DNA of 51,873 nt from Thermoleophilia bacterium (GTDB lineage: Bacteria > Actinomycetota > Thermoleophilia > Gaiellales > Gaiellaceae): contig PSLH01000003.1 in the NCBI GenBank assembly GCA_040289505.1, positions 1-51,873 of the forward strand. The letters are read 5' to 3'. A model generated the notes under the pieces. The model was not told where the DNA came from. It did no database searches and saw only the letters and a program-made list of their open reading frames with translations. Below are positions 34,336 to 42,473 of this stretch, piece after piece. Within the stretch, counting starts at the first letter, position 1. Every line of letters starts with the position of its first letter. Position numbers and translations under genes: made by a program.

Positions 34336-36024
34336 GTGGAGGCTAGGCACGACGTCCTGGTCGTCGGGGCTGGCTGCGCGGGCATGCGGGCGGCGATCGA
34401 GGCCTACGATGCCGGCGCCGACGTGGGCGTGATCTCCAAGCTCCACCCTGTCCGGAGCCACTCGGGGGCGGCCGAGGGAGGCATCAACGCTGCCCTGGGG
34501 AACGCGGGCGAGGACAGCCCCGAGAAGCACGCCTTCGACACGGTCAAGGGCTCCGACTACCTGGGCGACCAGGACGCGATCGAGATCTTCGCCGCCGAGG
34601 CCCCGGGCGACATATACCAGCTCGACCACTGGGGCTGCTACTTCACCCGCAACGAGCAGGGAAAGCTGGCTCAGCGGCCGTTCGGGGCTGCCGGCTCGCC
34701 GCGGACGGTGTTCGCGGCTGACATCACCGGCCACGTGCTCGTCCAGGTCCTGTACGAGCAGGTGATGAAGCGCAACCTGATGGTCTACGAGGAGTACTTC
34801 GCCTGGCGGCTGGTGGTGGACGACGGGGCCTGCGTGGGCGTCATCTGCTGGGATCTCGTGAGCGGCGGTCTCAAGCTCTTGGCCGGTAAGGCGGTCGTGC
34901 TCGCCACCGGCGGAGCCGGCCGCATCTACCGCACCACGACCAACGCCTACGCCTGCACAGGCGACGGTATGGCCATGGCCCTGCGGGCAGGGGCGCCGCT
35001 CAAGGACATGGAGTTCATGCAGTTCCACCCCACCACCCTCCACCCCAGCGGCATCCTCCTCACCGAGGGCTGCCGGGGCGAGGGCGCCTACCTCATCAAT
35101 AAGGACGGGGAGCGGTTCATGGCCCGCTACGCCCCCAACGCGCTGGAGCTGGCCAGCCGCGACGTCGTCTCCCGGGCCGAGCAGACCGAGATCGACCAGG
35201 GCCGCGGCGTGGACGGCTGCGTCCTCCTCGACATGCGCCACCTGGGAGCGGAGAAGATCCTCTCTCGGCTTCCTGGATCGCGGGAGCTCGCTCTGACCTA
35301 CGCCGGGGTCGATCCCATCTACGAGCCGGTGCCGGTGCGGCCGGGGGCTCACTACCACATGGGCGGCGTGGAGACGGACGTGTGGGGGGCGACCGAGATC
35401 GAGGGCCTGTACGCGGCCGGGGAGTGCGCCTGCGTGTCGGTGCACGGAGCCAACCGGCTGGGCGGGAACTCGCTCATGGAGACGATCACCTTCGGCCGCC
35501 GGGCTGGTCGGGCGGCGGCCGAGTACGCCCTCGCTCACAACCCGGCAGTGGCCACCGCGCCCGCCTCCGCTCTGGCCGACGCCGAGCGCGATCTCACGCA
35601 GCTCCTCGACCGGGACGAGGGCGAGCGGCCCTGGGCGATCCGGGAGGAGCTGGGCAGCACCATGCTGGAGTGCTTCGGCGTGTTTCGGCGGGAGGAGGAG
35701 ATGCAGCGCGCCATCGAGAAGGTGGCGTCGCTGCGCGAGCGCTACCAGCGGGTGGTGGTGGAGGACAAGGGGAGCGTCTTCAACACCGACCTCACTCAAG
35801 CGCTGGAGCTCGGCTACCTCCTCGATCTTGCCGCCTGCATGCTGCAGGCGGGGATCGCTCGCAAGGAGAGCCGGGGAGCTCACGCCCGCCCCTACGACTA
35901 CCCTCAGCGCGACGACGAGAACTTCCTGAAGCACTCCATCACCCGTTGGGTGGACGGGCAGCCGGTTTTGTCCTATAAGCCGGTGAGGATCACCAAGTGG
36001 CAACCGACGGAAAGGAGCTACTAG
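34336..36024 (+). CDS. sdhA: succinate dehydrogenase / fumarate reductase flavoprotein subunit
   Basis: Contains DVLVVGAGCAGMRAAIEA (FAD GxGxxG), RSHSGAAEGGINA, FHPTTL, HYHMGG and GANRLGGNSL. The start is taken as GTG 34336 (alternative GTG 34309). Its last roughly 450 nt lie inside the tandem duplication. Confidence 0.9.
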   Translation: MEARHDVLVVGAGCAGMRAAIEAYDAGADVGVISKLHPVRSHSGAAEGGINAALGNAGEDSPEKHAFDTVKGSDYLGDQDAIEIFAAEAPGDIYQLDHWGCYFTRNEQGKLAQRPFGAAGSPRTVFAADITGHVLVQVLYEQVMKRNLMVYEEYFAWRLVVDDGACVGVICWDLVSGGLKLLAGKAVVLATGGAGRIYRTTTNAYACTGDGMAMALRAGAPLKDMEFMQFHPTTLHPSGILLTEGCRGEGAYLINKDGERFMARYAPNALELASRDVVSRAEQTEIDQGRGVDGCVLLDMRHLGAEKILSRLPGSRELALTYAGVDPIYEPVPVRPGAHYHMGGVETDVWGATEIEGLYAAGECACVSVHGANRLGGNSLMETITFGRRAGRAAAEYALAHNPAVATAPASALADAERDLTQLLDRDEGERPWAIREELGSTMLECFGVFRREEEMQRAIEKVASLRERYQRVVVEDKGSVFNTDLTQALELGYLLDLAACMLQAGIARKESRGAHARPYDYPQRDDENFLKHSITRWVDGQPVLSYKPVRITKWQPTERSY

Positions 36025-36026
36025 CC

Positions 36027-36935
36027 ATGTGGACGTGGTGTCGTGTATCTCGAAGGGCGCTTCTCCTTGGGGCGCTGGCCCTCGCGCTCAGCAGTGCGGC
36101 TGGCGCCTCGCTCGCCGCGGAGAAGGCGCCGCCCCCGGTTCCTACATTCCTGGGCAAGACCGCTCAGGCGAAGAGCTTTCGCTTCTCCTTCGTCCTGACG
36201 ATGGAAGGGGGAGGCACGGCGCTTCCTGGCGGAAGGCCGGTCTCCTTCGAGGGGCGAGGCGGTATCGACACCCGCGCCCAAAGCGGCCAGCTGACGCTCG
36301 ATCTGGGTCCGCTCGCCGCCCTCCTTGCCGGCCCCGGCGGCGGCGCCCCGGTGCCCTCCTCGGTCGAGGTCGTGGTGGCGAGGAACGTCCTCTACGTTCG
36401 CCTTCCCGCTCTGGCCCGGCAGGTCGCTCCCGGGGCCGAGTGGCTGAAGCTCGACCCGAGCACCTTTCCTGGCGGCATGACCGGCGGCGCCAACGTCGGC
36501 CGGCTGGCCCAGGTCAGCCCCCGCCAGCTCCTGGCCGCTCTGGTGCGGGCGATCACGACCACGAGGCTCGGCTCGGCCACGGTGCGGGGCGTCTCCACGA
36601 CCCGCTACCGCATCACCGTCGACCTCCCGCGGCTGGCGGCAGGGCTCCCCAAGGCGCAGCGAGCGGACGTGCTCTCGGCGATCCGCCAGCTTGACCTGAG
36701 GACGCTCCCCATCGACGCGTGGGTGGACGGCGCCGGCTACGTGCGGCGTATCGCCACCGCGCTCACGCTCAAGCCGCAGGGGGTGCCCTCCTTTCTCCGG
36801 TTCACGGTCGACCTCTACGACTTCAACAAGCCGGTGCGGGTGACCGTGCCTCCTGAGGGAAAGACCGTGGACGGAAGCCAGCTTTTGCAGCCGCTCCTAG
36901 GCGGTTCCGGGCGTACGGGGACGACGGGCCCGTGA
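36027..36935 (+). CDS. signal-peptide (or N-terminally anchored) protein of unknown function, copy 1
   Basis: ATG 36027 is preceded by AAAGGAG and lies 3 nt after the sdhA stop. The N-terminus MWTWCRVSRRALLLGALALALSSAAGASLAAEK has no lipobox Cys. The mature part has a beta-rich, LolA/LppX-like feel, which is a guess. Its stop overlaps the sdhB start. Confidence 0.65.
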   Translation: MWTWCRVSRRALLLGALALALSSAAGASLAAEKAPPPVPTFLGKTAQAKSFRFSFVLTMEGGGTALPGGRPVSFEGRGGIDTRAQSGQLTLDLGPLAALLAGPGGGAPVPSSVEVVVARNVLYVRLPALARQVAPGAEWLKLDPSTFPGGMTGGANVGRLAQVSPRQLLAALVRAITTTRLGSATVRGVSTTRYRITVDLPRLAAGLPKAQRADVLSAIRQLDLRTLPIDAWVDGAGYVRRIATALTLKPQGVPSFLRFTVDLYDFNKPVRVTVPPEGKTVDGSQLLQPLLGGSGRTGTTGP

Positions 36936-37382
36936 TGGAGGTCGCCCTCAAGATCTGGCGCTACGATCCTGATCGGGGCGAGAAGGCCCTCAAGGAGTAC
37001 CGGGTGGAGGCGCCTGAGTGGGCGACGCTCCTCGACGTCCTCGACATCATCAAGGACAGGGTCGACGGCACGCTCGCCTACCGCAAGAGCTGCCGGATGA
37101 TGATCTGCGGCTCCTGCGGCATGCGCTTGGACGGAGCAGCGGTCCTCGCCTGTAAGACGCGCATGCAGCCGATCGTGGAGGAGGGCCGGGTGCCGGTCGT
37201 CTCGGCCATGGGCAACCTGCCCGTGATCAAGGATCTGGTAGTCGACATGGGGCCCTTCTGGGAGAAGCTGCGAGCGATCCAGCCCTACCTCCAGCCGGGC
37301 TACAGCGACCCAGGAGAGAGGGAGTACGTGATCCCTCCCGAGCGCCTGGAGTGGATCCACAAGGAGGCTCTCTGCATCAACT
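36932..37382 (+). pseudogene. 5' fragment of sdhB (first ~149 codons, 2Fe-2S domain) truncated at the duplication junction
   Basis: It is identical to the first 149-150 codons of the intact sdhB at 38743 (MMEVALKIWRYDP..CRMMICGSCGMRLDGAAVLAC..EALCIN). After 37382 the ORF reads out of frame through duplicated sdhA 3' sequence (SGRRRARSHAAPRPG..) to a stop at 37789. Confidence 0.7.
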
Positions 37383-37835
37383 CTGGCCGACGCCGAGCGC
37401 GATCTCACGCAGCTCCTCGACCGGGACGAGGGCGAGCGGCCCTGGGCGATCCGGGAGGAGCTGGGCAGCACCATGCTGGAGTGCTTCGGCGTGTTTCGGC
37501 GGGAGGAGGAGATGCAGCGCGCCATCGAGAAGGTGGCGTCGCTGCGCGAGCGCTACCAGCGGGTGGTGGTGGAGGACAAGGGGAGCGTCTTCAACACCGA
37601 CCTCACTCAAGCGCTGGAGCTCGGCTACCTCCTCGATCTTGCCGCCTGCATGCTGCAGGCGGGGATCGCTCGCAAGGAGAGCCGGGGAGCTCACGCCCGC
37701 CCCTACGACTACCCTCAGCGCGACGACGAGAACTTCCTGAAGCACTCCATCACCCGTTGGGTGGACGGGCAGCCGGTTTTGTCCTATAAGCCGGTGAGGA
37801 TCACCAAGTGGCAACCGACGGAAAGGAGCTACTAG
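37381..37835 (+). pseudogene. duplicated 3' fragment of sdhA (last ~150 codons, no upstream start context)
   Basis: It is identical to 35570-36024. ORF-track entry 37473..37835 (MLECFGVFRREEEMQRAIEKV..) is the SdhA C-terminus in the sdhA frame. Confidence 0.7.
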
Positions 37836-37837
37836 CC

Positions 37838-38746
37838 ATGTGGACGTGGTGTCGTGTATCTCGAAGGGCGCTTCTCCTTGGGGCGCTGGCCCTCGCGCTC
37901 AGCAGTGCGGCTGGCGCCTCGCTCGCCGCGGAGAAGGCGCCGCCCCCGGTTCCTACATTCCTGGGCAAGACCGCTCAGGCGAAGAGCTTTCGCTTCTCCT
38001 TCGTCCTGACGATGGAAGGGGGAGGCACGGCGCTTCCTGGCGGAAGGCCGGTCTCCTTCGAGGGGCGAGGCGGTATCGACACCCGCGCCCAAAGCGGCCA
38101 GCTGACGCTCGATCTGGGTCCGCTCGCCGCCCTCCTTGCCGGCCCCGGCGGCGGCGCCCCGGTGCCCTCCTCGGTCGAGGTCGTGGTGGCGAGGAACGTC
38201 CTCTACGTTCGCCTTCCCGCTCTGGCCCGGCAGGTCGCTCCCGGGGCCGAGTGGCTGAAGCTCGACCCGAGCACCTTTCCTGGCGGCATGACCGGCGGCG
38301 CCAACGTCGGCCGGCTGGCCCAGGTCAGCCCCCGCCAGCTCCTGGCCGCTCTGGTGCGGGCGATCACGACCACGAGGCTCGGCTCGGCCACGGTGCGGGG
38401 CGTCTCCACGACCCGCTACCGCATCACCGTCGACCTCCCGCGGCTGGCGGCAGGGCTCCCCAAGGCGCAGCGAGCGGACGTGCTCTCGGCGATCCGCCAG
38501 CTTGACCTGAGGACGCTCCCCATCGACGCGTGGGTGGACGGCGCCGGCTACGTGCGGCGTATCGCCACCGCGCTCACGCTCAAGCCGCAGGGGGTGCCCT
38601 CCTTTCTCCGGTTCACGGTCGACCTCTACGACTTCAACAAGCCGGTGCGGGTGACCGTGCCTCCTGAGGGAAAGACCGTGGACGGAAGCCAGCTTTTGCA
38701 GCCGCTCCTAGGCGGTTCCGGGCGTACGGGGACGACGGGCCCGTGA
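37838..38746 (+). CDS. signal-peptide protein of unknown function, copy 2 (identical to 36027-36935)
   Basis: The protein is identical in the ORF track (37808..38746 versus 35997..36935), with the same SD and ATG context. Confidence 0.65.
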   Translation: MWTWCRVSRRALLLGALALALSSAAGASLAAEKAPPPVPTFLGKTAQAKSFRFSFVLTMEGGGTALPGGRPVSFEGRGGIDTRAQSGQLTLDLGPLAALLAGPGGGAPVPSSVEVVVARNVLYVRLPALARQVAPGAEWLKLDPSTFPGGMTGGANVGRLAQVSPRQLLAALVRAITTTRLGSATVRGVSTTRYRITVDLPRLAAGLPKAQRADVLSAIRQLDLRTLPIDAWVDGAGYVRRIATALTLKPQGVPSFLRFTVDLYDFNKPVRVTVPPEGKTVDGSQLLQPLLGGSGRTGTTGP

Positions 38747-39828
38747 TGGAGGTCGCCCTCAAGATCTGGCGCTACGATCCTGATCGGGGCGAGAAGGCCC
38801 TCAAGGAGTACCGGGTGGAGGCGCCTGAGTGGGCGACGCTCCTCGACGTCCTCGACATCATCAAGGACAGGGTCGACGGCACGCTCGCCTACCGCAAGAG
38901 CTGCCGGATGATGATCTGCGGCTCCTGCGGCATGCGCTTGGACGGAGCAGCGGTCCTCGCCTGTAAGACGCGCATGCAGCCGATCGTGGAGGAGGGCCGG
39001 GTGCCGGTCGTCTCGGCCATGGGCAACCTGCCCGTGATCAAGGATCTGGTAGTCGACATGGGGCCCTTCTGGGAGAAGCTGCGAGCGATCCAGCCCTACC
39101 TCCAGCCGGGCTACAGCGACCCAGGAGAGAGGGAGTACGTGATCCCTCCCGAGCGCCTGGAGTGGATCCACAAGGAGGCTCTCTGCATCAACTGCGGCTG
39201 TTGCGTCTCCGAGTGCAACTCCATGGAGGCCGACCCCGAGTTCCTAGGCCCGGCCGCGCTGGCCAAGGGCATGCGCTTCGTAGGCGACCCCCGCGACCAA
39301 GCGACAGTGGAGCGGCTGGAGCTCTACTCCCAGGAGCACGGGATCTGGGACTGCACCCGCTGCTACTTCTGCCAGCAACGCTGCCCCAAGGGGGTGGATC
39401 CCCGGGATGCCATCGCCAAGCTGGGCGCCGAGGCCATCAAGCACGGCATCGACCGCGACATGGGTGCCCGCCACGCCAAGTGGTTCGTCACCTCGGCTCG
39501 CACGACCGGCTGGCTGCGCGAGACCGAGCTCGTGCCCAAGACCCAGGGGATCGTGCGCTCGATCAGGGAGATCCCGTTCGCCCTGCGCCTGCTCCGCCAC
39601 GGGAAGGTGCCGCCTCCCTTCCCGCCCCACGTGGCCGACAAGGTGGACGAGGCCCGGGCTCTCTACGACCTCCTCAAGGAGCAAGGTCGAGCGGGGGCGG
39701 CGGGCATCGTCCAGGGGGAGAAGGCGCTCATGCACCTGGCCCACTTCGCCTCCGGCGAGGAGGCCGCTCGTCCCAAGCGCGAGTACCCGCAGCCGTACCT
39801 GCCGGCCACGGACAAGGAGGAGGCGTGA
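38743..39828 (+). CDS. sdhB: succinate dehydrogenase / fumarate reductase iron-sulfur subunit with C-terminal extension
   Basis: Has the 2Fe-2S motif CRMMICGSCGMRLDGAAVLAC, then CINCGCCVSEC and CTRCYFCQQRCP cluster motifs, and about 130 extra C-terminal residues. Confidence 0.85.
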   Translation: MMEVALKIWRYDPDRGEKALKEYRVEAPEWATLLDVLDIIKDRVDGTLAYRKSCRMMICGSCGMRLDGAAVLACKTRMQPIVEEGRVPVVSAMGNLPVIKDLVVDMGPFWEKLRAIQPYLQPGYSDPGEREYVIPPERLEWIHKEALCINCGCCVSECNSMEADPEFLGPAALAKGMRFVGDPRDQATVERLELYSQEHGIWDCTRCYFCQQRCPKGVDPRDAIAKLGAEAIKHGIDRDMGARHAKWFVTSARTTGWLRETELVPKTQGIVRSIREIPFALRLLRHGKVPPPFPPHVADKVDEARALYDLLKEQGRAGAAGIVQGEKALMHLAHFASGEEAARPKREYPQPYLPATDKEEA

Positions 39829-40709
39829 AGAGAGTCGCCTACTACAAGGGCTGCCTGGCATCGCTGTCGGCCAAGGAGCTTGACATCTCCACCCAAGCTC
39901 TGGCGCCGAGGCTGGGGTTTGAGCTCGACACCTTGGAATCGGTGACCTGCTGCGGTGCCGGAGACATCCACGAGGCCGAGCCCGATTACTACCTCCACCT
40001 GAACGCCCGCATCCTCGCCTACGCCGAGCAGACTGGCTCGGACACCCTCATGACCATCTGCAACGTGTGCACGCTCAACTTGCGCCAGGCGAACGCCCAG
40101 CTCAAGCAGGACGAGGCCTTGCGCGAGCGGGTGAACGGAAACTTGGAGCGGGTGGGCGCGCCCTGCTACGAAGGCTCGGTGGAGGTCAAGCACCTGCTGT
40201 GGCTCATCGCCGAGGGAGAGGGCTACGAGCGGCTCAAGGAGGTCGCCCACAAGGGGCTCAAGGGCCTGCGGGTGGCCCCCTTCTACGGCTGCCAGATCCT
40301 CCGCCCCTCCAAGCTCCTCGGCTTCGAGGACCCGGACCGGCCCTCCTCCCTGGAGCGGATTATCGAGGCCTGCGGCGGCCAGCCCATCGACTACCCGGCC
40401 AAGATCAAGTGCTGCGGCTTCCCCATTATCCAGGCTCGTGAGCACGTTGCCTTGGGGGAGCTCATCCAGCCCATCGAGCAGGCGATCGAGGCTGGCGCCG
40501 ACGCGATGGTCACGCCTTGCCCGCTCTGCCACCTGTCCCTCGATGCCTGGCAGGCCAAGCTGGAGAAGGCTACGGGACGGAAGCTTGGCATGCCCATCCT
40601 CCACCTGGCCCAGCTGATCGGGGTCGCCGCCGGCTTCGGCGAGGCCGAGCTCCGCTTCCGCCGCCACGTGGTGCCGGTGAGGCCGGTGCTGGAGCGGCTC
40701 CAGGCCTGA
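39825..40709 (+). CDS. HdrB-like CCG-domain subunit of non-classical (type E-like) succinate:quinone oxidoreductase
   Basis: GTG 39825 overlaps the sdhB TGA. It has two Cys-rich CCG-type motifs (..SVTCCGAGD.., ..KIKCCGFPI..) plus YYKGCLAS, FYGCQILRP and VTPCPLCH. The upstream part of ORF-track entry 39162..40709 is a shadow frame of sdhB. Confidence 0.8.
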   Translation: MKRVAYYKGCLASLSAKELDISTQALAPRLGFELDTLESVTCCGAGDIHEAEPDYYLHLNARILAYAEQTGSDTLMTICNVCTLNLRQANAQLKQDEALRERVNGNLERVGAPCYEGSVEVKHLLWLIAEGEGYERLKEVAHKGLKGLRVAPFYGCQILRPSKLLGFEDPDRPSSLERIIEACGGQPIDYPAKIKCCGFPIIQAREHVALGELIQPIEQAIEAGADAMVTPCPLCHLSLDAWQAKLEKATGRKLGMPILHLAQLIGVAAGFGEAELRFRRHVVPVRPVLERLQA

Positions 40710-40721
40710 GCCTACGTCTTC

Positions 40722-41525
40722 TTGGTTTGGCCTTATGTTTTAGCCTCGGTCGGCGCCCTGGCCGCTTTTCTGGTCGCCTGGGGATGGCTGGAGGCAGGAT
40801 GGGTGCGCCTGCGGGTGCTCGGGGTTGAGGTGCCTGGGCTTCCCCCCGCTCTGGACGGGCTCCGCCTCGTCCACCTGTCCGACCTCCACCTCGGCCTCCC
40901 CTCCCGGGGCGAGCGGGCCGTGCGCCGGGCGGTGGAGTGGACCGCTCTCCGCTCGCCTGACCTCGTGGCCGTGACCGGCGACCTCATCTCCCGCAGGCGG
41001 GGAGAGCCTCTCCTGCGAGAGCTGGTCGAGCGCCTTCCCGCCTGCTACTGCATCCTGGGAAACCACGACCTCGCTCTCGGTCGCGATCCCCTCTCCCAGC
41101 CGGTCGAGCTCGAGGACCTGGCCCCAGCCACGCTCCTTCTCGACGAGGGGAGGATGATCGAGATTCGCGGGTGCCGGGTGTGGGTGGCCGGGCTCGACCC
41201 TCGCTCTCGAGGGCGCGAGCCGGATCTCGGGCATCCCGCCGACCTCTCCATCCTCCTGTCCCATTTCCCCTCTGTGCTCGACCGCCTGCGGCCGGGCTCC
41301 TTCCACCTCGTCCTCGCTGGTCACATGCATGACGGGCAGATCTGCCTTCCCTACCCCGGAGGCAAGCTCCGTCTCGCTCACCCCAGAGCCCGCTACGCGC
41401 GGGGGCTCTACCGCCGCGGGCAGACGGTTATGCACGTGTCGCCCGGGCTCGGCACTACCTTCCTCCCCCTACGCTTCCTGGCCCGGCCAGAGGCGACCGA
41501 GCTCGTGCTGCGACCGGCCTCGTAG
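40722..41525 (+). CDS. membrane-anchored metallophosphoesterase (YkuE-like)
   Basis: An N-terminal TM helix is followed by LVHLSDLHLG, VTGDLIS, LGNHD and AGHMHDGQI calcineurin-like motifs. TTG start, so the start is uncertain. Confidence 0.8.
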   Translation: MVWPYVLASVGALAAFLVAWGWLEAGWVRLRVLGVEVPGLPPALDGLRLVHLSDLHLGLPSRGERAVRRAVEWTALRSPDLVAVTGDLISRRRGEPLLRELVERLPACYCILGNHDLALGRDPLSQPVELEDLAPATLLLDEGRMIEIRGCRVWVAGLDPRSRGREPDLGHPADLSILLSHFPSVLDRLRPGSFHLVLAGHMHDGQICLPYPGGKLRLAHPRARYARGLYRRGQTVMHVSPGLGTTFLPLRFLARPEATELVLRPAS

Positions 41526-41537
41526 AATCGGGAACGA

Positions 41538-41837
41538 ATGGAGGGGCAGGCGCGTATCTCCGCTGACGTCCTCGCCCGCTACGCAGCCGACGCAGCCTGC
41601 GAGGTGCCGGGGGTGCTAGGCCTGGTCGAGGGGCGACTCCACCGCCACCGGGGCGTCCGGGTGCTCGGCGGGGCGGGCCGGCCGACGCTCGAGGTGCACC
41701 TCCGACTGGAGCGAGGAGCCTCCATCCCCGCCGTGGGCCGGGAGGTGCAACGCCGGGTGGCTGAGTACCTGCGCCGGATGGCAGACGTGGAGCCTGAAGC
41801 CGTGGACGTGGTCGTGGACGACATCGGGAGGGCCTGA
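41538..41837 (+). CDS. Asp23/Gls24-family stress protein
   Basis: The 99-aa sequence is ISADVLARYAADAACEVPGVLGLV ... VEVHLRLERGASIPAVGREVQRRVAEYLRRMADVEPEAVDVVVDDI. Confidence 0.8.
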   Translation: MEGQARISADVLARYAADAACEVPGVLGLVEGRLHRHRGVRVLGGAGRPTLEVHLRLERGASIPAVGREVQRRVAEYLRRMADVEPEAVDVVVDDIGRA

Positions 41838-41840
41838 GCC

Positions 41841-42461
41841 ATGGCGCCCTCCGTGATCGGGCTCACCGGCGCCACCCTCCGCTCGGCCCCCGCGGTCTGC
41901 CAGGGGTGCGCGTGGTGGCAGTCGCGGAGCGATCGGCTGGCAGACAAGGCCCGATGGCGAGAGCGGGTCGAGCAGGAGTGGGGAGCCTGGGGGACCCTCT
42001 ACTTCGACGACGACGGACGCCTGCTCGGCTCTATGCAGTACGGTCCCTCCGGGCTCTTTCCTCGGGCGGCCGAGCTGCCAGCGGGACCACCCTCCCCTGA
42101 CGCCGTACTCGTTACCTGCGCCTACCTCGTCGACGCCGGTACCCCCTGGGTGATGCAGTCCCTCTTCCTGGCCGCCATCGGGGATGCCCGGAGCAAGGGC
42201 GCCCGGGCCTTGGAGGCCTTCGCCTATCGCTACCCGGAGGGAGAGTCGATCTTCGAGCGCTTCCTGCTCCACCGTACGATCTTCCCTCGCGACTTCCTGG
42301 CCGACTTCGGCTTCCGCACGGTGCGATCGGCTGGACGAGTGGAGCTCGTGCGCCTCGATCTCGGCGGCGTCCAGCCGGTCGAGGAAGGACGCCGGCGGCG
42401 GCTTCTGCATCGCCTGCGGGAGCTCCTTGAGCCGGAGCCCATCCCTGCTCCCCGACCGTAA
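41841..42461 (+). CDS. conserved hypothetical protein, possibly GNAT-fold, with N-terminal CxxC
   Basis: The 206-aa ORF has a protein-like composition: CQGCAWWQ, FLAAIGDARSKGARALEAFA, FLADFGFRTV. No firm family assignment. Confidence 0.6.
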   Translation: MAPSVIGLTGATLRSAPAVCQGCAWWQSRSDRLADKARWRERVEQEWGAWGTLYFDDDGRLLGSMQYGPSGLFPRAAELPAGPPSPDAVLVTCAYLVDAGTPWVMQSLFLAAIGDARSKGARALEAFAYRYPEGESIFERFLLHRTIFPRDFLADFGFRTVRSAGRVELVRLDLGGVQPVEEGRRRRLLHRLRELLEPEPIPAPRP

Positions 42462-42473
42462 GAGCGAGGGGGC

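Larger units (their letters stand above)
35570..39193. repeat. perfect tandem duplication, unit 1,811 bp (copy 1 35570-37380, copy 2 37381-39191; identity extends 2 nt further)
   Basis: ORF-track proteins in several frames and on both strands are letter-identical at an offset of 1,811. The pairs are 35997/37808, 36029/37840, 36021/37832 (-) and 36392/38203 (-). I checked the boundaries by hand. 35569 g differs from 37380 a, while 35570 onward matches 37381 onward. 37382 t matches 39193 t, and 37383 c differs from 39194 g. The junction has 2-nt microhomology (CT). Confidence 0.95.

Noticed and set aside
36932-37789. 285-aa ORF that could be read as a novel SdhB fusion protein
   Set aside because: Only the first ~150 codons are SdhB. 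The remainder is the out-of-frame translation of duplicated sdhA sequence, identical to the shadow ORF 35382..35978. It is a by-product of the duplication junction, not a designed fusion.
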